From: Patescibacteria group bacterium
Lineage (GTDB): Bacteria; Patescibacteriota; Patescibacteriia; Patescibacteriales; UBA12465
Assembly: GCA_021734135.1 (NCBI GenBank)
Contig: JAIPJO010000003.1
Coordinates: 1-34,374, forward strand
Length of the DNA: 34,374 bases
Direction: 5' to 3'
Of this stretch, positions 26,177-34,374 are shown in pieces. Both the position numbers and the translations under genes were made by a program. Positions within the stretch are counted from its first letter, which is position 1. Every line of letters starts with the position of its first letter. The notes below the pieces were generated by a model that saw only the letters and a list, made by a program, of their open reading frames with translations, ran no database searches and had not been told where the DNA came from.

Positions 26177-29092
26177 TTATTTTATTTTTTCTAAACCAAT
26201 ACTTATTGATTTATTATTAATATTAATTTGTTTTTTAATCTCAGTTTCTAAGTCTTTCTCAGCTTTAATAATATTGTCAGCTAAAACTTCTCTTTCTATA
26301 TCTTTTTGATATTTATCTAACACTGCTTTAAATTCAGGCTCTGAGCTAAAATAATAGACAATAACTCTATCTTCTATAGTCAATCCTGAATTCTTTCTTA
26401 GATTATTAATAACTCTAATTAATTCCCTTTTCATTCCTTCTTCAATTAGGTCTGCACTTAATTCAGTATCTAAAACTACTTCAATGTTTTCCTTTTCCTC
26501 ATCTAGTTTAAAATTAACATCTTTAATATTTAACTCATCTTTAATTAAAGCACAGTAATCATTATCTAAAGCTAAATCCTCTTTATATACTACAGTAGCT
26601 TTTTGTAGTGGCTGTCTCACTTTAATCTTTTTCTCATCACGCTTTGCTAAACCTTTTTCTACCACTTCTTTAACTATTTCCATTTTAGAAATAATTTCTT
26701 TATCTATATTTTCACTTTTTGGCCAAGACTCTAAATGTACACTTTTGTTTTCATCCTTAAAATTATAGCCACTAATTTTTTGCCAAAGATTTTCAGCCAT
26801 GAAAGGCATAAAAGGTGCCATTATTAAAGATAGTTTTTCAAAAACCGCTTTTAAAGTACTAAGAGCTTCTAATTTATCTTGTCTGTTTTCCCCTTTTAGT
26901 CTATCTCTAGATCTTCTTAGATACCAAGTAGAAAGATCATCGATAAAGATAGCAATAGGTTTAGAAGCTCTAATTAAATTATATACTTTCATGTTATCTG
27001 CAATTGTTTGAGTTGTTTGTGACAGACGTGAAAGTATCCAATTATCTAAAACATTATTAGTTTCACTTATAGTTTCTTCCTCTTCTTCTCTATACATATC
27101 ATAGAATTTATATACATTCCAAACTAACATGGAAGTTTTACGAAATGATTGTAAAACATCTGCTTCACTAAAGTTAACAGTTTCTGCTTGCATAACTGGA
27201 GAGCTAAGTAAATAATAACGCAGAGCATCAGCACTATATTTATTAATTACTTCCATAGGATCAGGGTAATTTTGTAGTTTTTTAGCCATCTTTTTACCAT
27301 CCTCTGCTAAAACAATACCATTAACAATTACATTTTTAAAAGCAGGGGTTCCCATAATAGCAGTAGATAATACATGTAGGTAATAGAACCAGGCTCTAGT
27401 TTGATCTGCTCCTTCAGCAATAAACTCGGCTGGGAAATTATTCTCAAACTTTTCTTTATTTTCAAAAGGATAATGTTTTTGTGCATAAGGCATAGAACCG
27501 GACTCAAACCAACAGTCAAAAACATCTTCAATGCGTTGCATCTTACCACCACAAACACAGTTAATTTCTATCTTATCTAAAGTATGCTTGTGTAAATCAT
27601 CAATCTTTTCTCCACTAGCTTCTTCTAATTCTTTAACTCCACCAAAAACTTTAGTATTTTCACAGCTATCACATTTCCAAACTGGAAGTACCGCTGCCCA
27701 AAAACGTTGACGAGATATAGACCAATCCCTAGCACCTTCTAACCATTTACCAAACCTTCCTCTTTTAATATGTTCAGGTGACCAATTAATTTCTTTAGCT
27801 TTCTTTAATAAATCTTCTTTTATTTTCTCCACACTAACAAAATAAGAAGAAGTCGCATAATTAATTAATGGAGTATCACAGCGCCAACAATGAGGATAAC
27901 TGTGCTCATATTTTTCCTTAGTAAAAAGTTTATCATGATGAGCTAAATACTTAATTATTTCAATATCAGTAGCCATATGATTCTCTTTTGGTTTAACAGA
28001 CATATTTTGAAAATCTTGCACCTCTTCTTTAAATCTACCACCAATATCAATATGCTGAATAAAAGGTAAATTCTTTTCTTTACCTAAATTAAGATCATCT
28101 TCACCAAAAGCTGGAGCAATATGCACTATTCCAGTTCCCTCTTCAGTATTAACAAAATCAGCGCTATGTACCTTAAAGGCATTTTCCATATTTTCTATAT
28201 CAGCCTTTTCATAATAATAAAAGACGGGTTCATAGCTTAAACCTACTAAATCTTGAGCATATAAAGTCTCTTCAATTTTATAGTCTTTATCTTTAAAAAC
28301 TTCTTCTAATCTTTCTTTAGCTAAAATATAATACTCTTTCTCATGCTCAACTTTAACGTATTCTATATCTTCTCCCACAGCTAAAGCCACATTACCAATT
28401 AAAGTCCAAGGAGTAGTAGTCCAGGCTAGTATAGAAGTCTTATCTTGATCTTTTAATTTAAACTTAGCTATAGCTGATAAATCTTTTATATCTTTATAAC
28501 CTTCAGTAACTTCAGATTGAGACAAAGTAGTTTCACAACGAGGACAAACATGCATAGAACGATAACCTTTATATATTAAATCTTTATCCCATAGAGTTTT
28601 AAATACCCACCAAACTGACTCCATATAATCTAAATCCATAGTCTTGTAACTACTATCCATTTCTGCCCATCTACCTAATTTGTCTATAACCTTCCTCCAT
28701 TCATCTGCATATTTTAAAACCTTAGTCTGACAAGACATATTAAATTCTTCTATTCCATTATCAACAATATCCTTTTTACTCTCTGTGCCCATTTCTTTTT
28801 CCACAATATTTTCAATAGGAAGACCATGACAATCCCAACCCCAACGTCTTTCCACTCTATATCCTTGCATAGTCCAAAATCTAGGCACTACGTCTTTCAT
28901 AACGCTACCAACTATATGACCATAATGAGGTGTACCGGTAGCAAAAGGTGGGCCATCAAAAAATACATAATCACCATTTGGCGCTTCTTTATTTACCGAT
29001 TTTTTAAAAATATTGTTTTTATTCCAAAAATCAAGGACTTCATCCTCAAATTCTACAAATATATTCTTATTTTCTGTACTTTTTTCTGACAT
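26177..29092 (-). CDS. ileS: Isoleucyl-tRNA synthetase, type 2
   Basis: DGPPFATG.PHYGH, WDCHGLP, WTTTPWT, GTGIVH, DWSISRQR and KMAKK; type-2 C-terminus with no terminal Zn finger. Confidence 0.97.
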   Translation of the reverse strand: MSEKSTENKNIFVEFEDEVLDFWNKNNIFKKSVNKEAPNGDYVFFDGPPFATGTPHYGHIVGSVMKDVVPRFWTMQGYRVERRWGWDCHGLPIENIVEKEMGTESKKDIVDNGIEEFNMSCQTKVLKYADEWRKVIDKLGRWAEMDSSYKTMDLDYMESVWWVFKTLWDKDLIYKGYRSMHVCPRCETTLSQSEVTEGYKDIKDLSAIAKFKLKDQDKTSILAWTTTPWTLIGNVALAVGEDIEYVKVEHEKEYYILAKERLEEVFKDKDYKIEETLYAQDLVGLSYEPVFYYYEKADIENMENAFKVHSADFVNTEEGTGIVHIAPAFGEDDLNLGKEKNLPFIQHIDIGGRFKEEVQDFQNMSVKPKENHMATDIEIIKYLAHHDKLFTKEKYEHSYPHCWRCDTPLINYATSSYFVSVEKIKEDLLKKAKEINWSPEHIKRGRFGKWLEGARDWSISRQRFWAAVLPVWKCDSCENTKVFGGVKELEEASGEKIDDLHKHTLDKIEINCVCGGKMQRIEDVFDCWFESGSMPYAQKHYPFENKEKFENNFPAEFIAEGADQTRAWFYYLHVLSTAIMGTPAFKNVIVNGIVLAEDGKKMAKKLQNYPDPMEVINKYSADALRYYLLSSPVMQAETVNFSEADVLQSFRKTSMLVWNVYKFYDMYREEEEETISETNNVLDNWILSRLSQTTQTIADNMKVYNLIRASKPIAIFIDDLSTWYLRRSRDRLKGENRQDKLEALSTLKAVFEKLSLIMAPFMPFMAENLWQKISGYNFKDENKSVHLESWPKSENIDKEIISKMEIVKEVVEKGLAKRDEKKIKVRQPLQKATVVYKEDLALDNDYCALIKDELNIKDVNFKLDEEKENIEVVLDTELSADLIEEGMKRELIRVINNLRKNSGLTIEDRVIVYYFSSEPEFKAVLDKYQKDIEREVLADNIIKAEKDLETEIKKQININNKSISIGLEKIK

Positions 29093-29150
29093 ATTTTATA
29101 TAATATTACTTATTTATATACAAAAAAGCTATAAGCTCAGCTGTTTTATT

Positions 29151-29179
29151 ATTATATTTTATATAGAGTAGCAAGTCAA
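29151..29179 (-). promoter_or_regulatory. sigma70 promoter of ileS
   Basis: TTGACT-17-TATAAT. Confidence 0.75.
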
Positions 29180-29202
29180 TTTTTTAAAGTAATAATTTAA
29201 AC

Positions 29203-29229
29203 AAAAAAATAGACAAATAATGTCTATTT
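29203..29229 (-). terminator. Intrinsic terminator after the AAA ATPase gene
   Basis: AAATAGACA-n5-TGTCTATTT stem with an A-run (U-tract on minus). Confidence 0.7.
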
Positions 29230-29275
29230 ACCAAGAAAAACAAAATAATAAATATATTAAGATAAATAAATAAAA

Positions 29276-30439
29276 TTAATAAAAATTATTTACAGTCATC
29301 ATTTTTACAATTGCGTGTTTATATCTATTTTTAAAAGCTTGATTTAATGATCTTTTTTTATATTTAATTTCAACACCAATTAAACCTTCATTATTTTCTA
29401 AAACCAAATCAATCTCTGACCCCTGTTTACTGCGCCAATAATAACACTTATAATTTTCATCAGAATAACTTAATTGTTTTACAATTTCTGAGATAATAAA
29501 ATTCTCAAAAAGCGCACCCTTGTCTTCACGTAAAGAAAGATTAGAAAAGTTTTCTAAAAGTGCATTTCTTATACCATTATCATAAAAATAAATTTTAGCA
29601 GACTTAGAAATTTCATTTCTTTTATTTTTAGAATATGGATAAAGTCTAAATAAAATATAACTTTGTTCAAATATCTCTATATACCTTCTAATTGTTCTAA
29701 TATCCGCTCCTAGACGAGAAGATAATTCAGAATAATTAATTAAATTTCCAATTTGAGCAGCTAGGACTTTTAATAAATCAGTAGCTAATTTTTTATCTTC
29801 AATTAATTTTAATTCCAATATATCTTTAAAAATGAGGCTATCTACAAAATTTAGTAAATATTTTTTATCATTAGGATTATTAACATTTTGTGGATATTGT
29901 CCATATATTAAAATACTTTCTAATATACTTTCCATATCAAAAAGATAGTTTTTATCTTTCAACTCTTCTTTTAGGGTAACATTTTCTAAAATATTAAAAT
30001 TAAGATCTTGTTCAATATCTTTTTGCACTAAATATTCAGAAAAAGTAAGTGGATGTAGCTTGTAATCTATTTTCCTGCCAGCCAAACTTTCTGAGGTTTT
30101 ATTTTTGATATGAAAAGAAGATGACCCAGTAATTACTAAATCTACATTACTTAATTGATCATATATTATTTTAGCCGCTCTACCAGGATTCGATAATAAA
30201 TGAATTTCATCAATTATTAGCATTTTAGCGTCAGGGCTTATTAAATTCTTATATGATTCTATATCATAAGTTTCTAAAATCTTTCTAACAGGTTCATTAT
30301 CAACTAATAAATAAGTAGCTTTAGGAAATATTTTTTTCACAATAGTTGTTTTACCAACCTGCCTAGAACCAAGTAAAATAAGAATTTGTTTATACTTGGA
30401 AAAGTGTGTTTTTATTTTTTCATCTAAATGTCTATGCAT
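29276..30439 (-). CDS. AAA_14 ATPase with DUF4143 / PD-(D/E)XK-like C-terminus
   Basis: GSRQVGKT, IIDEIH, TGSS, ESLAGR, GALFEN, EIDL...EIK. Start moved from 30463 to 30439 (MHRHL) to match the paralogue N-terminus and the local start context. Confidence 0.9.
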   Translation of the reverse strand: MHRHLDEKIKTHFSKYKQILILLGSRQVGKTTIVKKIFPKATYLLVDNEPVRKILETYDIESYKNLISPDAKMLIIDEIHLLSNPGRAAKIIYDQLSNVDLVITGSSSFHIKNKTSESLAGRKIDYKLHPLTFSEYLVQKDIEQDLNFNILENVTLKEELKDKNYLFDMESILESILIYGQYPQNVNNPNDKKYLLNFVDSLIFKDILELKLIEDKKLATDLLKVLAAQIGNLINYSELSSRLGADIRTIRRYIEIFEQSYILFRLYPYSKNKRNEISKSAKIYFYDNGIRNALLENFSNLSLREDKGALFENFIISEIVKQLSYSDENYKCYYWRSKQGSEIDLVLENNEGLIGVEIKYKKRSLNQAFKNRYKHAIVKMMTVNNFY

Positions 30440-30487
30440 AAAAATATATAACTTTTTTAACATCTAATGTATAAATAGATATAACTA

Positions 30488-30516
30488 ATTATACATCCTA
30501 ATTAAAAAATAGTCAA
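30488..30516 (-). promoter_or_regulatory. sigma70 promoter
   Basis: TTGACT-17-TATAAT. Confidence 0.75.
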
Positions 30517-30544
30517 CATTAACCTTAAATATACTAATATACAA

Positions 30545-31714
30545 CTAAAATAATTGTAAATTTTTAATTTTAGCCAAATCTTTCCAATTTAAAACTTTAA
30601 CTCCTTTTCTACTTATATTCATATCACCTGCATAAAACAAAAATTCACTTTGTTTTTTGTTATCCTGCAATTCTCTCCAAGAAACTAAGTTTTTAAACAA
30701 TTCACTTCTAATAGTGCTACCTGCTTTAATTTCTATTGCTGTTACATCTTGACCATTATCAATTATTAAATCTACTTTATTAGCGTTACTATCTTGCCAA
30801 AAATAAAAATTAGCTAAATTACCTCTATTATAATCATATTTTATAATATCGCTGACAATAAAATTCTCAAAAATATTACCCTTTAGATAATGGTTAGTTA
30901 ACTCATCTTCTTTTCTTATACCCAAAAGATAAGATAATAATCCAGTGTCATAAAAAAATATTTTAGGACTCTTAATTATTCTCTTATTAAAATTCTTGTA
31001 ATATGGTTGCAATTTAAAGATTATATAACTTGTTTCCAAAATACTAATCCAATTTTCAGCAGTATGATATGAAATTCCACTATCTTCAGCTATAGTTTTA
31101 ATATTTAAAACTTGACCACATCTACCAGCTATTAACTTTAAAAACCTTAAAAATGAACTATAACTTGATATATTCTTTATCATCCTAATATCTCTTTCTA
31201 TATAAGTATTTACATATGACTTATAGAAACTACTAGGACGAATACTTTGATCAAATATTCTAGGATAAAAACCTGTAAAAATAGCTTTATTTAAATTAGA
31301 TATATTTTCTTTAGGTAGCTCTTCCATACTTAAAGGTAGTAAAGTTACAATACCAGTTCTACCTGCTAAAGACTGAGAAATACTTTCCATTAACAAATAA
31401 TTATGAGATCCAGTCAATATAAAAGAACCATTCTTTTTAATATTATCAACATGTGTTTGTAAATAAGAAAAAAACTCAGGTACTCGTTGCACCTCATCTA
31501 TTATAACATTCTTATCATACTCCTTTAAAAAACCTCGTGGGTCATCTTTTACCAATTCTCTAATATCTGGATCTTCAAAAGAAACATATTTATAAGTCTT
31601 AAAGATATCTTGAACTAAGGTGGTTTTACCTGACTGCCTTGGACCTAAAATAGTCACAATTGGAAACTCTTTTTTTAATTGTAGTATTTCTTTAGTTATT
31701 TTTCTTGAAATCAT
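30545..31714 (-). CDS. AAA_14 ATPase with DUF4143 / PD-(D/E)XK-like C-terminus
   Basis: GPRQSGKT, IIDEVQ, LTGS, SLAGR, KSPKIFFYDTG, GNIFEN, KVDL...IEIK. Confidence 0.92.
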   Translation of the reverse strand: MISRKITKEILQLKKEFPIVTILGPRQSGKTTLVQDIFKTYKYVSFEDPDIRELVKDDPRGFLKEYDKNVIIDEVQRVPEFFSYLQTHVDNIKKNGSFILTGSHNYLLMESISQSLAGRTGIVTLLPLSMEELPKENISNLNKAIFTGFYPRIFDQSIRPSSFYKSYVNTYIERDIRMIKNISSYSSFLRFLKLIAGRCGQVLNIKTIAEDSGISYHTAENWISILETSYIIFKLQPYYKNFNKRIIKSPKIFFYDTGLLSYLLGIRKEDELTNHYLKGNIFENFIVSDIIKYDYNRGNLANFYFWQDSNANKVDLIIDNGQDVTAIEIKAGSTIRSELFKNLVSWRELQDNKKQSEFLFYAGDMNISRKGVKVLNWKDLAKIKNLQLF

Positions 31715-31744
31715 ATATTTATATTTTACTGATATTACATAAGT

Positions 31745-31773
31745 ATTATATATTATTTATGTAATTTAGTCAA
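31745..31773 (-). promoter_or_regulatory. sigma70 promoter with overlapping inverted repeat
   Basis: TTGACT-17-TATAAT; ATTACATAA-n14-TTATGTAAT at 31734-31765. Confidence 0.75.
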
Positions 31774-31830
31774 TGGACTGATGAAATTGCAGAGTAAAAT
31801 AAGAACAACATATAACTTTAAATTTTATTT

Positions 31831-31860
31831 AAAAAAAGAAGCTTATAATAAGCTTACTTT
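31831..31860 (-). terminator. Probable intrinsic terminator of the secA-yjjX transcript
   Basis: AAGCTTA-n3-TAAGCTT stem followed on minus by C and T7. Confidence 0.55.
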
Positions 31861-32135
31861 GTGTCTCAAATATTAAAGTTTAAATTTATCCACACTGTCA
31901 GCAAATTCTTTCATAGTAAAGCTTTAACGATTTTCAATTAAGTTATTAAGATGTACTTTATTATTTTTAATAGCTATTCGAATTTTTAAAATAACTGATT
32001 TAGTTATTTTCTTCCAGTAAATTTAAATATTGCTTTAACTCTTTTTTGTTCTTGAGCTTGTAAAAATTCTTTACAAGTTAACCTTAGTTAAACCTCTTTC
32101 TAAACACTTTTATATTTGTAAAAAAGCTTAGCACA

Positions 32136-32657
32136 TTAATTGTCAATATGAATTAAAGAAGTTCTAATAGCTTCTTTAGTATATTCTTTTCTGGTTAACC
32201 TGCCTTTAGTCATAATACCCACTAATCCTTGAGCTGAACCAACTTTCATATTGTCAGTATAGCCAGCCTTATAGGCAGCTTCATTCATATCTAGCCCATC
32301 TTCTAGCATTAACTTAGAAACTCTCTCAGGAGCCTCCCAGGCTGAAGATAAGCCTAAGTGATACTCACTACCATCAAAGATAGCACAAGCACAAACATCC
32401 ATATAACCTGACTTAGTATAGGGCACTGTTATTAGTCCTGATTCAATACCAAAACTATAGTCACATTCACTATATGCTTTTCTAGCTCTGTTTTTAGCTC
32501 CAGTGATTGTCTCCTCTAAAGACTTGGGTTGATCACTAACACCTGAAGATACATCTATACTTTCTACTCTAGCGTTTTGCAGGTGTTTGTAATCTAAAAG
32601 CATCTCTTTTAGAGCTTCTATTTTAACTGGATTTTTTGAAGCAATATTTATATTCAT
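32136..32657 (-). CDS. yjjX: Inosine/xanthosine triphosphatase
   Basis: ASKNPVK, SGVSDQP, GAKNRA, GIESG and GLVGIMT.G..TR motifs. Confidence 0.92.
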   Translation of the reverse strand: MNINIASKNPVKIEALKEMLLDYKHLQNARVESIDVSSGVSDQPKSLEETITGAKNRARKAYSECDYSFGIESGLITVPYTKSGYMDVCACAIFDGSEYHLGLSSAWEAPERVSKLMLEDGLDMNEAAYKAGYTDNMKVGSAQGLVGIMTKGRLTRKEYTKEAIRTSLIHIDN

Positions 32658-32672
32658 ATTATCTACTAAAAA

Positions 32673-34374
32673 CTATCTACCACAGCACTTCTTATATTTC
32701 TTACCACTGCCACAAGGACAGGGATCATTTCTACCTACCGTTTTACCACCTTCAGTTTTAGGCTTAGATTTTGCCATATTTACCTGACTAGTATTATTAG
32801 CACTTTTCTCGCTCATAACTTTAGCAGGGGCTTGAAAGTTTTTAGCCCTATCAGCCAGTGATGGAGATTTAAACATATTTAAAGCATTGCCTTCAATAGC
32901 AGAAACTGTTTTGTATATTGAATATACTACTTGTTTTCTAATTAAATCTTGTAGTTCATTAAATAACCTAAAAGCTTCTTTTTTGTATTCAACTAAAGGA
33001 TCTCTTTGGCCATACCCTCTAAGACCAATTCCCTGTCTTAGATAAGCAATAGTTTCTAAATGTTCAATCCAAAGATTATCAATAGAGCGAATAAGGATAC
33101 CTTTCTCTACCTCAGCAAAATTTAAGTTTAATTCTTTAAAAGAATCTTTCATTTCTTGATACACCTTTTCAGCTTTAGTCTGTAAATATTTCTTAATTTC
33201 CTTTCTAGCCTCATCTTTAGACTTGTCTTTTAACATTGCCTGTAGTTTTTCTTCTAAATTACCATCCACTTTATACATAGTAACAATAGTTTCAGCAATC
33301 TCTTTAATATTCCAATCTTTTTGTAGTTCTGCGCTGGTATGAAAATCAACTAACATAGCAATTTCATCATTAACCATGTTTAAAATTCTCTCAGATAATT
33401 TATCTTTATCTTCTGCTTTCTCATAGATATATAGAATCTCTTTTCTTCGTTTGTAAATTGTTTCTCTATGTTTGTTAATAACATCATCATACTCCACTAA
33501 GTGCTTTCTCATATCAAAATTATTTCCTTCTACTTTTTTCTGCGCTGATTCTAAAGAATTAGAAATCATAGAATTTTGTATAGGTTGATCTTCTGGTAAT
33601 TTCATTCTAGACATTAAAGACTTCATTCTTTCACCTCCAAAAATACGCATCAAATCATCCTCTGCTGATACATAAAACTGGCTAGAACCTGGATCACCCT
33701 GTCTACCTGAACGTCCTCTAAGTTGATTATCAATACGTCTAGACTCATGTCTTTCTGTACCAATTACATGCACACCTCCTAAATCTTTTACTCTCTCTTG
33801 CTCTTCTTTATTAGGTGGATTACCACCTAAAACAATATCTACACCACGACCAGCCATATTAGTGGCAATAGTAATAGCTCCTGGACGTCCAGCTTGAGAT
33901 ATTATTTGCGCTTCTTTAGCATGGTTTTTAGCGTTTAATAGAGCTGGCTGTAATCCTTCTTTCTCCATTAATGCTACTAAAAACTCATTTTTTTCAATAG
34001 AAATAGTACCAATAAGTATGGGCTGACCTTTTTCATGTCTTTCTTTCACTTCTTTAATCACCGCTTTATATTTCCCCATCTCAGTTCTAAAAATAAGGTC
34101 ATTATAGTCTTTCCTGATCACTGGCTTATGGGTTGGAATTACAATTACCTCAAGTCCATATATCTTAAAGAACTCTTCCTGTTCAGTTTCTGCAGTACCA
34201 GTCATACCTGATAATTTCTCATACATTCTAAAATAATTTTGAAAAGTTACAGTTGCTAAAGTCTGTGATTCCCTTTTCACCTCTAATCCTTCTTTAGCTT
34301 CAATAGCTTGGTGCAAACCTTCACTATAACGTCTACCGGGCATTAAACGACCGGTAAATTCATCAACAATAATA
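32673..34374 (-). CDS. secA: Preprotein translocase SecA, C-terminal part; the frame stays open past the window end
   Basis: IIVDEFTGRLMPGRR, GMTGTA, ATNMAGRG, QLRGRSGRQGDPG and SEC-C motif GRNDPCPCGSGKKYKKCC. Confidence 0.98.
   Translation of the reverse strand, partial: IIVDEFTGRLMPGRRYSEGLHQAIEAKEGLEVKRESQTLATVTFQNYFRMYEKLSGMTGTAETEQEEFFKIYGLEVIVIPTHKPVIRKDYNDLIFRTEMGKYKAVIKEVKERHEKGQPILIGTISIEKNEFLVALMEKEGLQPALLNAKNHAKEAQIISQAGRPGAITIATNMAGRGVDIVLGGNPPNKEEQERVKDLGGVHVIGTERHESRRIDNQLRGRSGRQGDPGSSQFYVSAEDDLMRIFGGERMKSLMSRMKLPEDQPIQNSMISNSLESAQKKVEGNNFDMRKHLVEYDDVINKHRETIYKRRKEILYIYEKAEDKDKLSERILNMVNDEIAMLVDFHTSAELQKDWNIKEIAETIVTMYKVDGNLEEKLQAMLKDKSKDEARKEIKKYLQTKAEKVYQEMKDSFKELNLNFAEVEKGILIRSIDNLWIEHLETIAYLRQGIGLRGYGQRDPLVEYKKEAFRLFNELQDLIRKQVVYSIYKTVSAIEGNALNMFKSPSLADRAKNFQAPAKVMSEKSANNTSQVNMAKSKPKTEGGKTVGRNDPCPCGSGKKYKKCCGR

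Noticed and set aside
20631-29089. Short ORFs 20631..20816, 25600..25782, 26799..27011, 27328..27558 and 28826..29089
   Set aside because: Overlap conserved proS, lemA and ileS; no independent evidence.
29093-29275. T-box riboswitch before ileS
   Set aside because: Predicted leader is only about 50 nt and has no T-box consensus.
30440-30463. Start codon at 30463 given in the ORF track
   Set aside because: ATG at 30439 better matches the paralogue N-terminus and the local T-ATG context.
31768-31800. GTC...CTGATGA resembling a hammerhead ribozyme core
   Set aside because: No stem I pairing and no GAAA after a stem II.
31886-31894. oriC based on a DnaA box
   Set aside because: Only one perfect box seen, no dnaA/dnaN nearby and no gene-orientation switch.

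Overview
Very AT-rich core-chromosome segment of a small-genome bacterium. The gene set and style suggest CPR/Patescibacteria (Parcubacteria-like); this taxonomy is an inference. The code is the standard table 11, since TGA is used as a stop at 4137-4139. Nearly all genes are on the minus strand: secA (partial), yjjX, two tandem AAA_14/DUF4143 ATPases, type-2 ileS, lemA-htpX, NIF3-U32-ruvA, proS-mreBCD, an orphan membrane-protein gene, pfkB-family kinase, rmlC-HIT-rmlB, a receiver-domain protein, a second mreB, GT4, a subtilase with FG-GAP repeats, a UXS-like epimerase, and a short dcw block (membrane protein-mraY-ftsW-murG partial). The only plus-strand operon (3048-7483) starts with a catalytically dead, apparently leaderless PilB/GspE homologue that keeps its 4-Cys Zn site. 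It is coupled to a GT2 + DUF2304 + two GT4 glycosylation module. Other notable signals: (i) an orphan gene with tandem duplications over both its start and stop codons, its own terminator and a 13-bp flanking direct repeat; (ii) no Shine-Dalgarno motifs but T at -1 in 29 of 32 starts; (iii) three identical TTGACT-17-TATAAT promoters; (iv) a hairpin-rich 420-bp intergenic region. No rRNA, tRNA, CRISPR, transposase or integrase was seen.
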